Shown here piece by piece: positions 36,830 to 48,110 of a DNA stretch of 64,000 nt. The stretch lies in contig NC_045697.1 of assembly GCF_009834535.1 (NCBI RefSeq), positions 103,106,001 through 103,170,000 on the forward strand, given 5' to 3'. The first letter of the stretch is position 1; each line of letters starts with the position of its first letter. Source of the DNA: Camelus ferus (Eukaryota). Below the pieces are notes generated by a model, which had not been told where the DNA came from, did not search any database, and saw nothing but the letters and a program-made list of their open reading frames with translations. A program made the position numbers and the translations under genes.

Positions 36830-37030
36830 TATTGCAAAATTAACTCATCTACTCCTTACAGCAACCTGAAGAAATAGGCACTATTATATCCATTTTATTG
36901 CAGAGTATGCTCAGGTACAGAACGGTTAAGTAACTTGCCCAAGATTACACAGCACATAAGAGGCAGGGCTAGAAACATACCTGGCCGACCGGCTCTAGAG
37001 TTTGTGCTCTTACCTGCCACGCTCTACTAA
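36830..37030 (-). mobile_element. MIR fragment
   Basis: TATTATATCCATTTTATTGCAGAG..GGTTAAGTAACTTGCCCAAGATTACACAGC. Confidence 0.7.
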
Positions 37031-37583
37031 CTTGCCAAGGAGGGGAATTTTCTGCCTTTCTTAACATGAATTTTTTTTTTTTTAAGATTCAGTTTATATT
37101 ATTTTCTTGGCGTCATGGGTGAGATTTTTAAAATTATCTTTCATAAATAGTAAATTATTTTCTCAATCACTAGGGAGTTTCAGGAATACTGAGTTGTTTT
37201 CCCCCTGGGAAGACAAGGCGTACAGGATTAGGGTGGGTGGAATAATTACTGGTCGTGACGGGAGCTGGGCAGATGTTGTAGAAATTCAGCACAATTCACA
37301 ACGTAGGCAGTGCAGTCTGCCCCAGAAGACCCGCATTATAGTGAAAAGGCAAATCGCATTTTGTAATTTTTAAACCTGAATTTGGTGAACATATGGAAAT
37401 CAGAATTTGTTTCCTCCCTGTGTCCTTATTACTCAGGGACTAGATAGATAGGTAGATTTTCATTTACCACTTTAGGAAGTGTTAAACTACAGTTGTGATG
37501 GTTTTAATAAATTAGGGGGAATAGAAGTTAGTCTGATATTTTAATAGAACTCATCGTGGTGCTCATTTCGTTTATTTCATTAA

Positions 37584-37736
<153 letters not shown>

Positions 37737-39094
37737 TAGTGTTGATTCATTTTAAATTGCAGGGCAGTGGCTCGTGGGGCTGGCTCTCTGTTACAGTTTA
37801 GTGGGAATTTGCACAGACAGGTGACTTCTGACCTCAGGCTGAGTGAAGGAAGTGAGTTCTCGGGGGAGTGACGTGGAGGCTAAGGGAGGTGGTTTGGGCA
37901 CTGGGCTGTCCAGCGTAGGTTAGCATACTGGTCGCCCAGGAGTAGGAGTAGTCACTTAGAGAACTAGGAGAACAGGTTTCAGAAGATGAAGATAATCAAA
38001 AACAAATGTCAGCCTTTTGTCTGTCCCACCTCAGGCTCCGCCCCTTTTCCCACCTGTTGTTTTTCCTGGCTGCATCAGCCCCTGTGCAGTTCAGAAAATG
38101 GGTTCTTACTCATTGATTTCCTCATATTGTTGTAATATCTCTTCTCTTAAACTTAAAAAAAATCTTTGTGCCCTATGTAACTTGGCACCTGTTTCTGTTA
38201 TATGTTCAGCTGAACAGAAAGCTCTTAGAGGGACCGAGTGATATCCTGCCCTTCCTGGCAGCACTTAGCACAGTACATTGTACACTGTGCTAAGCAGTTA
38301 CTGATTTGAGGTCATGCAGTCACTCAAAGTTTAATGTGCAGCTCATCCTAGATAAAATGAATAAACTTAGTTCCCCAAAGGGTCACTTAGGGGACACATA
38401 AAGCTTACTCTATAAATACTCAGGAAAGGTTTTTCTTCCCTTGCCCTTCTTTCTGATTTAAGCATTTCACATCACAGTTATTCACTTTACAAGTATTCCA
38501 GTGCCTACTGTAGGCAAGGCTTTGTGCAAGGAAGGTACTGTGTTGTTTGTGGTGAATTAAGACAGTCCTCCTGGCCTTAGGGAGCTTTATATCTTTTAAG
38601 GTGAACAGACAAGTGAACACAGGCCACTACCATGTATTGTGTGTTATGAAGAGGGAAATACAGGGTGCTTTGTGAAAGTTTTTGCATTAAATCCTGTGGG
38701 TTTAAAGCTAAAAACTAAAGATGATGTATTTTAGGGCCCTTGGGTCAATAGAGAGGTAGGCAACAATTCCTGTTATCACCCATTGAAAAATCTAGCTGAG
38801 AACATTCACAGTATTTGATTCACTATAATGAAAAAGTTATCTGTAAAATAAAATTTATATTCACAAGGTTCAAGATTAAATCCATGTCAGTGTATTATCT
38901 TATTAATAATCTAAGAACTTTGTTAAAGGTAAGTACTTGAGCAAAGAATTTTTTTAATAGTGGCCCTCATTTTTAAATAGATGAGAAGGCTTTTTCCACT
39001 ACCTTCATAATACTCTAGAATACTTACAATAGCAAAAGAAAACAATGCTTTTGATGACAGTAGCAGAAATGGTGACGTAAGATAATCTGATGAA

Positions 39095-39278
39095 NNNNNN
39101 NNNNNNNNNNNNNNNNNNNNNNNNNNNNNNNNNNNNNNNNNNNNNNNNNNNNNNNNNNNNNNNNNNNNNNNNNNNNNNNNNNNNNNNNNNNNNNNNNNNN
39201 NNNNNNNNNNNNNNNNNNNNNNNNNNNNNNNNNNNNNNNNNNNNNNNNNNNNNNNNNNNNNNNNNNNNNNNNNNNNNN
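39095..39278. other. Assembly gap (184 N)
   Basis: Run of N. Confidence 0.99.
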
Positions 39279-39660
39279 ACTAAGTGAAGTAACTCAGACA
39301 GAGAAAGAAAAATATCATATGAGATCACTTATATGTGGAATCTAAAAAAAATGACACAAATGAACTTATTACAAAACAGAAAGAGACTCACAGACGTAGA
39401 AAACGAATGTATGGTTATCAAAGGGGAAAGACGTAGGGAGGGATAAATTAGGATTTTGGGGTTTGCAGATACATACCGCTATATATAAAGTAGATAAACA
39501 TCAGGGTCTTACTGTATAGCACAGGGAACTATATTCAATACCTTGTAATAACCTGTAATGAAAAAGTATATGAAACAGAATATGTATATGTATGACTGAA
39601 TCACTATGCTGTACACCAGAAACTAACACAACATTGTAAATCAACTAGACTTCGATTAAA
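39279..39660 (+). mobile_element. LINE-1 3' end in MMAA intron 3
   Basis: CTAAGTGAAGTAACTCAGACAGAGAAAG..TACTGTATAGCACAGGGAACTATATTCAATA..TGTAAATCAACTAGACTTC. Confidence 0.88.
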
Positions 39661-40559
39661 GAAAAGGTAAAGTTACATAGCTATGTGATTCCTAACCTTT
39701 CTCAAACCAAAAATGAGGGCCCCTTTCTCAGGTAAAAAAAAAAAAATACATAGACTTTGAAAGGAAAAAAAATACACAAGGATGAACAGGACACCCTAAG
39801 TATACATTTCTACTTTATCATTGCAACAGTATATACATTTGAAAAATAGCATTACATTAAAGTTTGAGAAGCCTGCAGCCAGTCCTTGTCATGCTTTAGG
39901 TTCACAGATCCCCTGCCGTGGGAGCTTGGAGACCTCCCTAAGGGTCTGCAGTCAACAGTTTTGGATTCATTGGTAAAGACAATTATATGGGAGAGTAATT
40001 TCATAATGTTTAGTTTGGTGTGTTAGGATCTATAGGATAATAATTTAAAGGGTAGCTTTGGCAGATTGTTGACTTACACAGAGATGGTTTTACCCAGAAA
40101 ATTACTTTAGAACAAAGTTCTATGTTCAGTAAATAAGGTAGTGGAGATACGTGGTACGTGTGAGTCCTGGAATTAGAACCGCTGAGAACTCTAACCTGGA
40201 ATCGTAAGGGCAAAGATCATATCTTTAAGGAACATCTCAGTGTTTAGCATGAACTTTGGAAAAATTAGCTCTTAAGCAGAGTGAAAATGAAAATTCAGGT
40301 CGGCCCAGCAATATACCTTCACGTGTTACCGTAGGGCTAAAGGAAAGAAGGTAGAGGTAATTTCACTAGTTCCAGGGCTTCTCAGTCGTCTCGAATTTGC
40401 AGGGACTGATGTTTGCCAAAATGCTGCAGGAAACCCTGAAACATCACCAGTTCTATTCCATAGGTGTTACATGAATTGCCTACTGTGTGCAAGCACTCTG
40501 TGTACAAAATATGTAAGACACGGCCCTACAGATGCGGAACTCAGGTTAAAGCAGAGTCT

Positions 40560-40730
40560 CTGAGCCTTGGCACTAATGGCGGTCTTTGCTGTGGGCAGCC
40601 ATCCTGCACCCTGAAGGATGCTTAGCAGTGTCCTTGGCCTCTGCCTACCAGGGTGACAAGTTCAAATATCTCTAGACATTGCTGAATTTCCTCTGGGGGG
40701 AAAAACCCAACCCCATGTGAGAACCATGAA
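40560..40730. mobile_element. MER20-like DNA transposon remnant
   Basis: CCTTGGCACTA..GCTGTGGGCAGCCATCCTG..CTCTAGACATTGCTGAAT..GAGAACCATG. Confidence 0.6.
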
Positions 40731-41047
40731 CACAACAATGTTAAGAGGACAGTAAAGAAGCCAGCCTGGCTAGAACAGAAGAATGATTTGGGGGTCAGTG
40801 GAAGCTGGACTTGGACAGGTCAGGTAGACTGCATTCTCCGGGCCTCCAATGCAAGGCTGAACCTCTAGTCAGTGGGAGCCACTGTCAGTTTTGAGGGACT
40901 TGAAACGTTACAGAGATTAACTTGGTGTCATTATATACGCTGTGTTGGAGAAAAGCTCAATCATATGAAACTCATTTTGAGGTTTTGGGAGAGATGTCAT
41001 AAAACACTTCCCCTAAGAGCTGGCTGATTGATAATTAGCTCTCGTAG

Positions 41048-41296
<249 letters not shown>

Positions 41297-42583
41297 TAAT
41301 GAATGCTATATAAGGATGAGTGACAACTAATTTCATTTGTTCATTCAGCAGGTATTTACTAAAGAGGTAATTAAATAGAAGAAATCTCAGACTCTGTAGG
41401 AGATATGAGTGTGTAGGCTACAATCCTTACCCTTAAAAAAGGAAAGATGAGCCCTGTGTCTGGATAACTTATACAAGGTGCTGTGTTTTAAGTGCAGGAG
41501 GAGAACTATGAGCATTAGGATGACCTGCGGGAGCACCACTGTAACATAACACCTGTTTTGTTTAAGCACAGTCATAAGTCTGCAATGCTCGCTAAGAAAA
41601 TTAATGCAGTTGGACCCCTCTTGAATACAGGGCCGTGTTTTATTTCATCTTTCTCTTCCTTGCACATTCCTAGTTACACACGGTGAAAATACTGAAAAGG
41701 AAGCCCTAGGAATTTACATTCCCCTGGAGAGACGGTCTGTTATATTACTGTGTGATCCGTGTTTTGACACAAATTGGACTCAGATTTGGGGAATCAGGGA
41801 AGATATGAGGAAGGAGGTGACCACTGAACTCAGTTTTGAAGGAAGAATGGATTTAAGGACAGTGTGGGCTGGAGGGCATTCGCCAAGACACAGAGGAGAG
41901 AGTGAACGAACGTGGCCTGTTCAGAGAACTGCAGTCCGCTTGGGACACTTAGAGCACGAGGGTGAAGGGCAGGAGTGAAGAGGTGGGGCTGGGGACCAGG
42001 CCCTCCACCGTCTATAGAAGGGCGGATGGAGGAAAATTGCCTGGGTGCTAGTAGGAGAATCAAGGGCGAGGAGGACCATACCAACTAGAGAAAGAGGTGG
42101 CCACCGTGGGCACCTGTGACCACACAGCAGAGGGGTTTCTCCAGCACGTTTTTGGGGGAGAGAACCCGGACAGCTGGATGGACCCATGGTGGGGTTTGCA
42201 GGGTGGGTAGAAGGATGAGGAGGAGGGAAGCTGCATGTATTGCCAGGCATGGCCAAGGATTAGAATCCTGGCGCTGAAGCTGCCCACCCACTGAGGGGAG
42301 GCCGAGGAAGTGAGAAAGAGCGAGAATGAGGAGGGAGACTGAGACACGGGAATACAGGCCAGTGGGGGGGGGGGGGGGTGACAGGTTTGTTAAATGGCTA
42401 AAATAGCGGCATTTAATACATGGCTCGGAGGTGGGGTGCTTAAAGTGGGATCGGGTGGAGTGTGTGATCGTGAGCGTGAGTAAATGAACTGGAATGGAAG
42501 TGATGGCGAGGGGTTGTTGAGAAAGCCAGATTCTGGTGCATATTTTAGAATACCCTTGTATACCCTTGCGATTAAAATTTCAG

Positions 42584-42669
42584 GTGTGGGTCAGTCAGAG
42601 TTTGCCGTTGCTGATATGGTGGACATGTTTGTTTTACTGCTGCCACCAGCAGGAGGCGATGAATTGCAG
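42584..42669 (+). CDS. MMAA: MMAA exon 5: [28 protein letters not shown]
   Basis: TTTCAG|GT acceptor, CAG|GTAATT donor; 86 nt. Confidence 0.98.
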
Positions 42670-43069
42670 GTAATTATTTTGACCTTTCCCCCCAAAACAC
42701 AAAGCATACATCTCGAAATCACAAATTTCCAATGCTGTGTTTTTGTCAATTAGGTTGGTATTAGTGCAGGGCGAGATACATCACTCACACGGGCTGAAAG
42801 ACCTGAGTCAAAGGCACGTTCTCTCCATTTTTCCCCAACTTTCAGTAGTAGAATTTGTGACCCTGAGCGAATTACACAGCTCTGGCTTTTCCACCGGTAA
42901 CATGAGAGTGAATAAAATACAGGCATAGCTCCAGCCAGGAGTGACCACTGTCACACGGATGCTTGTGATCAGCTGGTTCCAAAGCTCCTTGTAAGATAGT
43001 CCGCTGTTTTGAACTGGGACCCCACCGTCGTAGTCTGTATGTTGTAAAGCAGGGCTCTTACTTTCCCCC

Positions 43070-43715
43070 TGCAGTGCAGCCTGGCGTTAACTACCTGGAG
43101 TTCGCACGGCCTTCACAGGTCCGGGCACCACCCCACACAAGACTGCCTTCACCCCAGTCACCCACAGCAAGCCCAGCGGGTCCTAGGCCACCAGCGCCTC
43201 TGACTGGCTACCAACGCGGGTGTTCCCACTGCCCCTCAGGTTCGATAATTCACTGGAATGACTCGGAACTCAGGCAAGCACTGCATTGCCAGTTGCAGTT
43301 TTATTGTGAAGGATACAAATCAGGACCAGCCAAATGAAGAGACCACATACAAAGAGGTCTGGAAGGGCTCCAGACTGAAGCTTCAGCGTCCAGAGTTCTT
43401 ACTGGAGCCTTGTTCTGTAGGCATGATTGACTGAATCACTGTCCACATGACTGAACTCAGTCTCCAGCCCTTACTTCTCCCCAGGGGAGGTCAAGCTGAT
43501 ATCACGTGGCCTCACAGGCTCAACCCTTGAATCACAAGATGGGTTTTTCTGGCGTGGTAGCCCCTATTCTGAAACCTTGGTGTCTAAACTCAGTTATGGC
43601 CCTGGGCACCCATGGTGAATGACAAGACACTCCTGTCACCTGGAAAACTCCAGGGATTTAGAGGTGGCCTCCCCGGAACCTCAGAGACCAAACAAATTCT
43701 TTATTATACAACACC
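43070..43715. mobile_element. MER21-like LTR in MMAA intron 5
   Basis: CACAAGACTGCC..TTCCCACTGCCCCTCAGGTTCGATAATTCACTGGAATGACTCGGAACTCAGG..ACCAAACAAATTCTTTATTATACA; related to the element at 775-1385. Confidence 0.6.
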
Positions 43716-44404
43716 TCCCTTTCAGTTGAATAATTCCAAAACCATAGTGATAGCAGACTGTGGAGGCTACCATTTAGAAACATGAACTGTTCACATTTAA
43801 TCATTGAAAGTTATGTTTAAAAATATCTGAAAAGGAATTTTAATTTTAGACGGCAAAATCTTCCAAATAAAGTTTAGGATTTTTCTAGAGTTTTCATGCA
43901 GCATAATTTAAGTGAAGAGACTGAGGCATTTTTAGCCATCAGGTTACTTTTTCCCTCAAATGTAACCTGAAAAAAAATGCTATGTACGTTTAAGGAAAAC
44001 TTCAAAGACTTTGCTTCTGAAAGTGCAGATGTTAGTGACGGGTGTGTGTTCTTTTTAAGCACCTTAATTAATGATGGATGGTTTTTTATCCTGCAGTCTT
44101 AGCTCCTGAGAAGTAGAAGCCATCATGAGACAGTGTGAGCTGTCTCCTGGCACTCGGTCATGTGGTGTCTAGGTGATACGTTTACTCTAATTCTGAATGT
44201 TTTTCAACATGTTAGTCTCTAAATTTGGAAGAGAGATTACAGATGACTTCCAGAGTCCTCAGAGTCGGTGCTTTTGAGTAACTCCTATCAAGTGATTGTG
44301 ATTCCTAGTACCCAAGGCTTGGGAAGGTGCAGAGAACAAGTTAGTTGATAAAGTGTATGACGTTCAAAACCTTAGCATTTACTGGTGTCCCATTTTTGCT
44401 GTAA

Positions 44405-44632
<228 letters not shown>

Positions 44633-45572
44633 TAGAAGTGGACAGTGCACGTTAGAAGACAGGATGTGAGTCCCAGGCTAGATGTATAATCAGTCTTCGC
44701 TTGTATATGAGATTATAATTTAAAAAGTTATGACAAAGCCAGAGTGTGCAGTTACAGTTTTAAGTATAATCCTTCAACCACTGGATGTCAAAAACGAGAT
44801 GCGAGGTGATGGACTAGCTTGCTTAAGGCTTGACTGGAGCCATTTGGAAGTGATGGCAGATCCATTCTGGAAGGAACCATCCTTAAGATTATGGAGCAGC
44901 TAATGACTTGATTATCTATATTAGAATTTGAGCAAAAGAGGAAAGGCTTCTGGTGTGATGACTGCCCTTCCCATGATGCTCGTTGGGTGCTATCTTCAGT
45001 AAGGGAAAAAGGAAAATTCCATAGTAAATGATGCAGTAGTACTAAGGCAGCACTTTATCCTCAGGAGGACACTACGTGATTAAAGAATAAGCTGTAATCA
45101 CTATAGTGAGAACAAGGACGACGTGTCTTACCGTCAGCTCCCGGCATGTCGTCTTGTCCACGCAGGCACCAGCCCTCAGCTCGTAGCACCTGCTGAATCA
45201 GGCAGCTTTGACAGAGGGCTGGGGCTTGGTTTCATTTGCTGGCACTGAGCCCTCGGGGAAACCTGCATAGCATTGCCCTTCTCGTCCTAGTGACCCTCTC
45301 ACGGTTCCTCCGTGTTGCTTCTGAAGATCATTCGAGCAATCCTAAGCCAAAATAAATCTCTGAGACAAAAAATCTGACCTTGCCTCCGTGTCTTATTTCT
45401 GCTTTGCACTTAGTAATCCTCATCAGTTACCTTAGTATATTTCTGGGTATCAACTTTGACACAGTGATGTCTCATTTTGTCCATATACTGTAAGAATTAA
45501 CTACCAGAGTCCCCATGAGAGTGCTTTCTATCATTTTAAGTAAAAAAATTCTGGTTTTTCCCTTTCCTGTAG

Positions 45573-45860
45573 GTAATTCGCATTTCTGCCAGAAGCGGAG
45601 AGGGGATCACTGACGTGTGGGATAAGATGAAAGAGTTCCAGGACGTCATGCTTGCCAGTGGGGAGCTGATTGCCAAACGGCAGAGGCAGCAGAAAGTTTG
45701 GATGTGGAACCTCATTCAGGAAAATGTGTTAGAACATTTCAGGACCCATCCCACAGTCCGGGAGCAGATTCCTCTTCTGGAAGAAAGGGTTCTCAGTGGA
45801 TCCCTGTCCCCAGGACTAGCAGCAGACTTGTTGTTGAAAGCCTTTAAAAGCAGAGACTAG
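45573..45860 (+). CDS. MMAA: MMAA exon 7 coding part: [28 protein letters not shown]
   Basis: TTCCTGTAG|GTA acceptor, TAG stop at 45858-45860; 288 nt. Joined CDS is 1263 nt (420 aa) with no internal stop. Confidence 0.98.
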   Translation, partial: VIRISARSGEGITDVWDKMKEFQDVMLASGELIAKRQRQQKVWMWNLIQENVLEHFRTHPTVREQIPLLEERVLSGSLSPGLAADLLLKAFKSRD

Positions 45861-46689
45861 GAAATGCACCCTACACAATGGTTTTGTGTATCATTTCATA
45901 AAGTACCTTAATATTGAAAGTCACTTGTGTGCTTCTGTTTCCAGTAATTCACTTGTGGTGCCCTCGGCCTCCTTGTTTGTGAACCGTGCCCAGAAAGTCG
46001 AAGAATGATAGCTATGGATGGGAAAGGTCAGGCAGTCAGCAGTATTCACAAGGTACCTGTTGCGTGTTACTCCTCTCCATGTCTTTCTATTCTTAACTCC
46101 CTGGCATAGGGAGGATACTTTCTTCTCGTCAGTCACGAGCAGAGAAAGCCGAGGAGGACAGAAAAAGATCATGGACCTAAAATGCTTGCTTTGATCCTCT
46201 GTTCTCTGCATTTCCAGAGAAAGTATAAGCAAGAGTGACCACGTTTTTTAAGTCTTACCTGAGGCTGGAATAATACACACTGTGTCTGTGTCCAAGAGCC
46301 AGAAATCATGATTGACGTGTAGTGTGCCAGACTGTTCTAGGAATCTGTGAAATGGCCATGTATGTGAGTACCAAGATGGCTGGAATGTGTACGGATGTGA
46401 ACATAGTTTTAAAGCCTACTTGTCTAGATTGGCAGACACCCCCAACGATGCGCAGGAGAGCCCAAAGGGAACCGGGAAATCGGCCACAAATAGCATGGTC
46501 CATTAATCCCCAGGGTTGGAGTAAGCCCCGAAAAGACCCAAGTGAGGTCAGAACAACTGAAGGGTTATTCCGTTTGAACATTATCAAAGGTTTTTGCTTC
46601 TCTTCCTCCTTGGCTATTTGACTTCGCATCAGCATCTTAAAAATCTGCTTTATTCTTGGTGGTGAGGAATGAGTTTTGTCCTCTGGAGG

Positions 46690-46950
46690 AAGCGTGGTGC
46701 GGCGATGAAGAGCTTGGGTTCTGGAGTTGCGACTGGTGGGTTTGAACTTTCAGCCTAGATCAATCACTTACTGGCTGCGTGAGTTCAGACAGATAACTTA
46801 CCTTTGTAAGTTTTAGCTTCCTCCCAGGTAAAATGGAATTGACATACTAACTTTATAGGGTTGGTCAGGATAAATGAGAGAACGCAGGACAGTCAGTCAT
46901 TTTGCTGTCGTGATGGTACATGGGAAATACTCAAAGTCTGCCTGCTACTG
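46690..46950 (+). mobile_element. MIR fragment (probably within the MMAA 3' UTR)
   Basis: GAAGAGCTTGGGTTCTGGAGT..TCACTTACTGGCTGCGTGA..TTTTAGCTTCCTC..GTAAAATGG..GGATAAATGAGA. Confidence 0.7.
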
Positions 46951-47138
46951 TTATTACGTTAAAGTTCTGAGTACGCGAAGCTGTACAAACCTTATAAAAG
47001 GTTCAGTGTTCTCCCATGGTCTTATTACTGCCATCAGGCCCTTGTGATATTTTATGGTTGTCTTTAAAGCACCTGCTCTAATTAATTCTTTGACTATATC
47101 TTATACTGTTTGATGGTAGTTATAACTATGTAGGTTTG

Positions 47139-47144
47139 AATAAA
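47139..47144 (+). terminator. Candidate MMAA poly(A) signal AATAAA (others at 48760 and 49809)
   Basis: First canonical hexamer I found downstream of the stop codon; actual usage cannot be determined from sequence. Confidence 0.3.
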
Positions 47145-47924
47145 ATGGTTTCTAACATAAAATTTCTCCATTGCAGAAAAGTCATTCTGGAAATTTCAAA
47201 CATGTTGTATTCTGAGAATATTTTATAGTGTGTCAGCTTTCATTGTTACCTTCCTATGTAGAATCAAATTTCTTGGTTATTATTTTAGCAAATACTCCTT
47301 TATGTTTTTTTAAAGGATTGTGTTACTGGTATACCTACCTCACACTTGAGGCTTAGGAACAACTTTGGAAGGTCATCCAGTCAATTCACCTGATTTCAAA
47401 AAGGTCCGTCATTAAACAAACCATTCTATCAGATGAAAACCTGTTTAGAATATTCCAGAGGAGGCATTCCATAATTTCCCTTAGTAAGCTATCACAGGGA
47501 GTACCGGACCTGTCCTTTGTGGTGCAGAGGAAGCAGCCATGGAGGGCGCACACACTGCATTATAAAGCAGGTAGAGAAAGGGTGGCATTTGTTAGCCCTG
47601 AACTTTCCTACGCGTTTCTTCTCGGTCTGAACTGCTTTTCAGTGTTAGCAGTACAGTCATAAAAGCATTAGAAAACCTCCCTCATGCTCCATACATTGTT
47701 GTTGTACCACTGACTACGATACAGAGACCAGTTTCCAGGGTATTGTTCACCTTTATTTCTGTTACTTGCTACACTGGAAGCTGTATAATAGAGTAAAATA
47801 TTTGTGGCCTTTAAAAAATATTCATACACCCTTTTGTTAAGCTCAGAAATGCCATCCTCCTTCTCACCTGTGATTCTACCATGCCAGACCCCTGACCTGG
47901 TCAAAGCTTAGGTTTTGATTTTGA

Positions 47925-48110
47925 TACCCAAAGGGTCAAGTCTCAGCTCTGTCACTAACTAGCCACATGATTTGGAGCAAGTTACTTCTCCGTATGAACT
48001 AGTTTCCTCATCTGTAAAATTAGGGTAAGAATAGCTATTTTACAGGGTTGTTGGAATAATTAAATGAGATATTTATTTAAATTGCTTAGCACTCAATAAT
48101 TGGTAGGTAC
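47925..48110 (+). mobile_element. MIR fragment
   Basis: CTCTGTCACTAACTAGC..GAGCAAGTTACTT..AGTTTCCTCATCTGTAAAATTAGGGTAAGAATAG..CAGGGTTGTTG..ATTAAATGAG. Confidence 0.8.

Noticed and set aside
45095-45106. TAATCACTATAG resembling the end of phage T7/SP6 promoters
   Set aside because: Only a partial match, with no vector sequence around it; it is half of a genomic palindrome.
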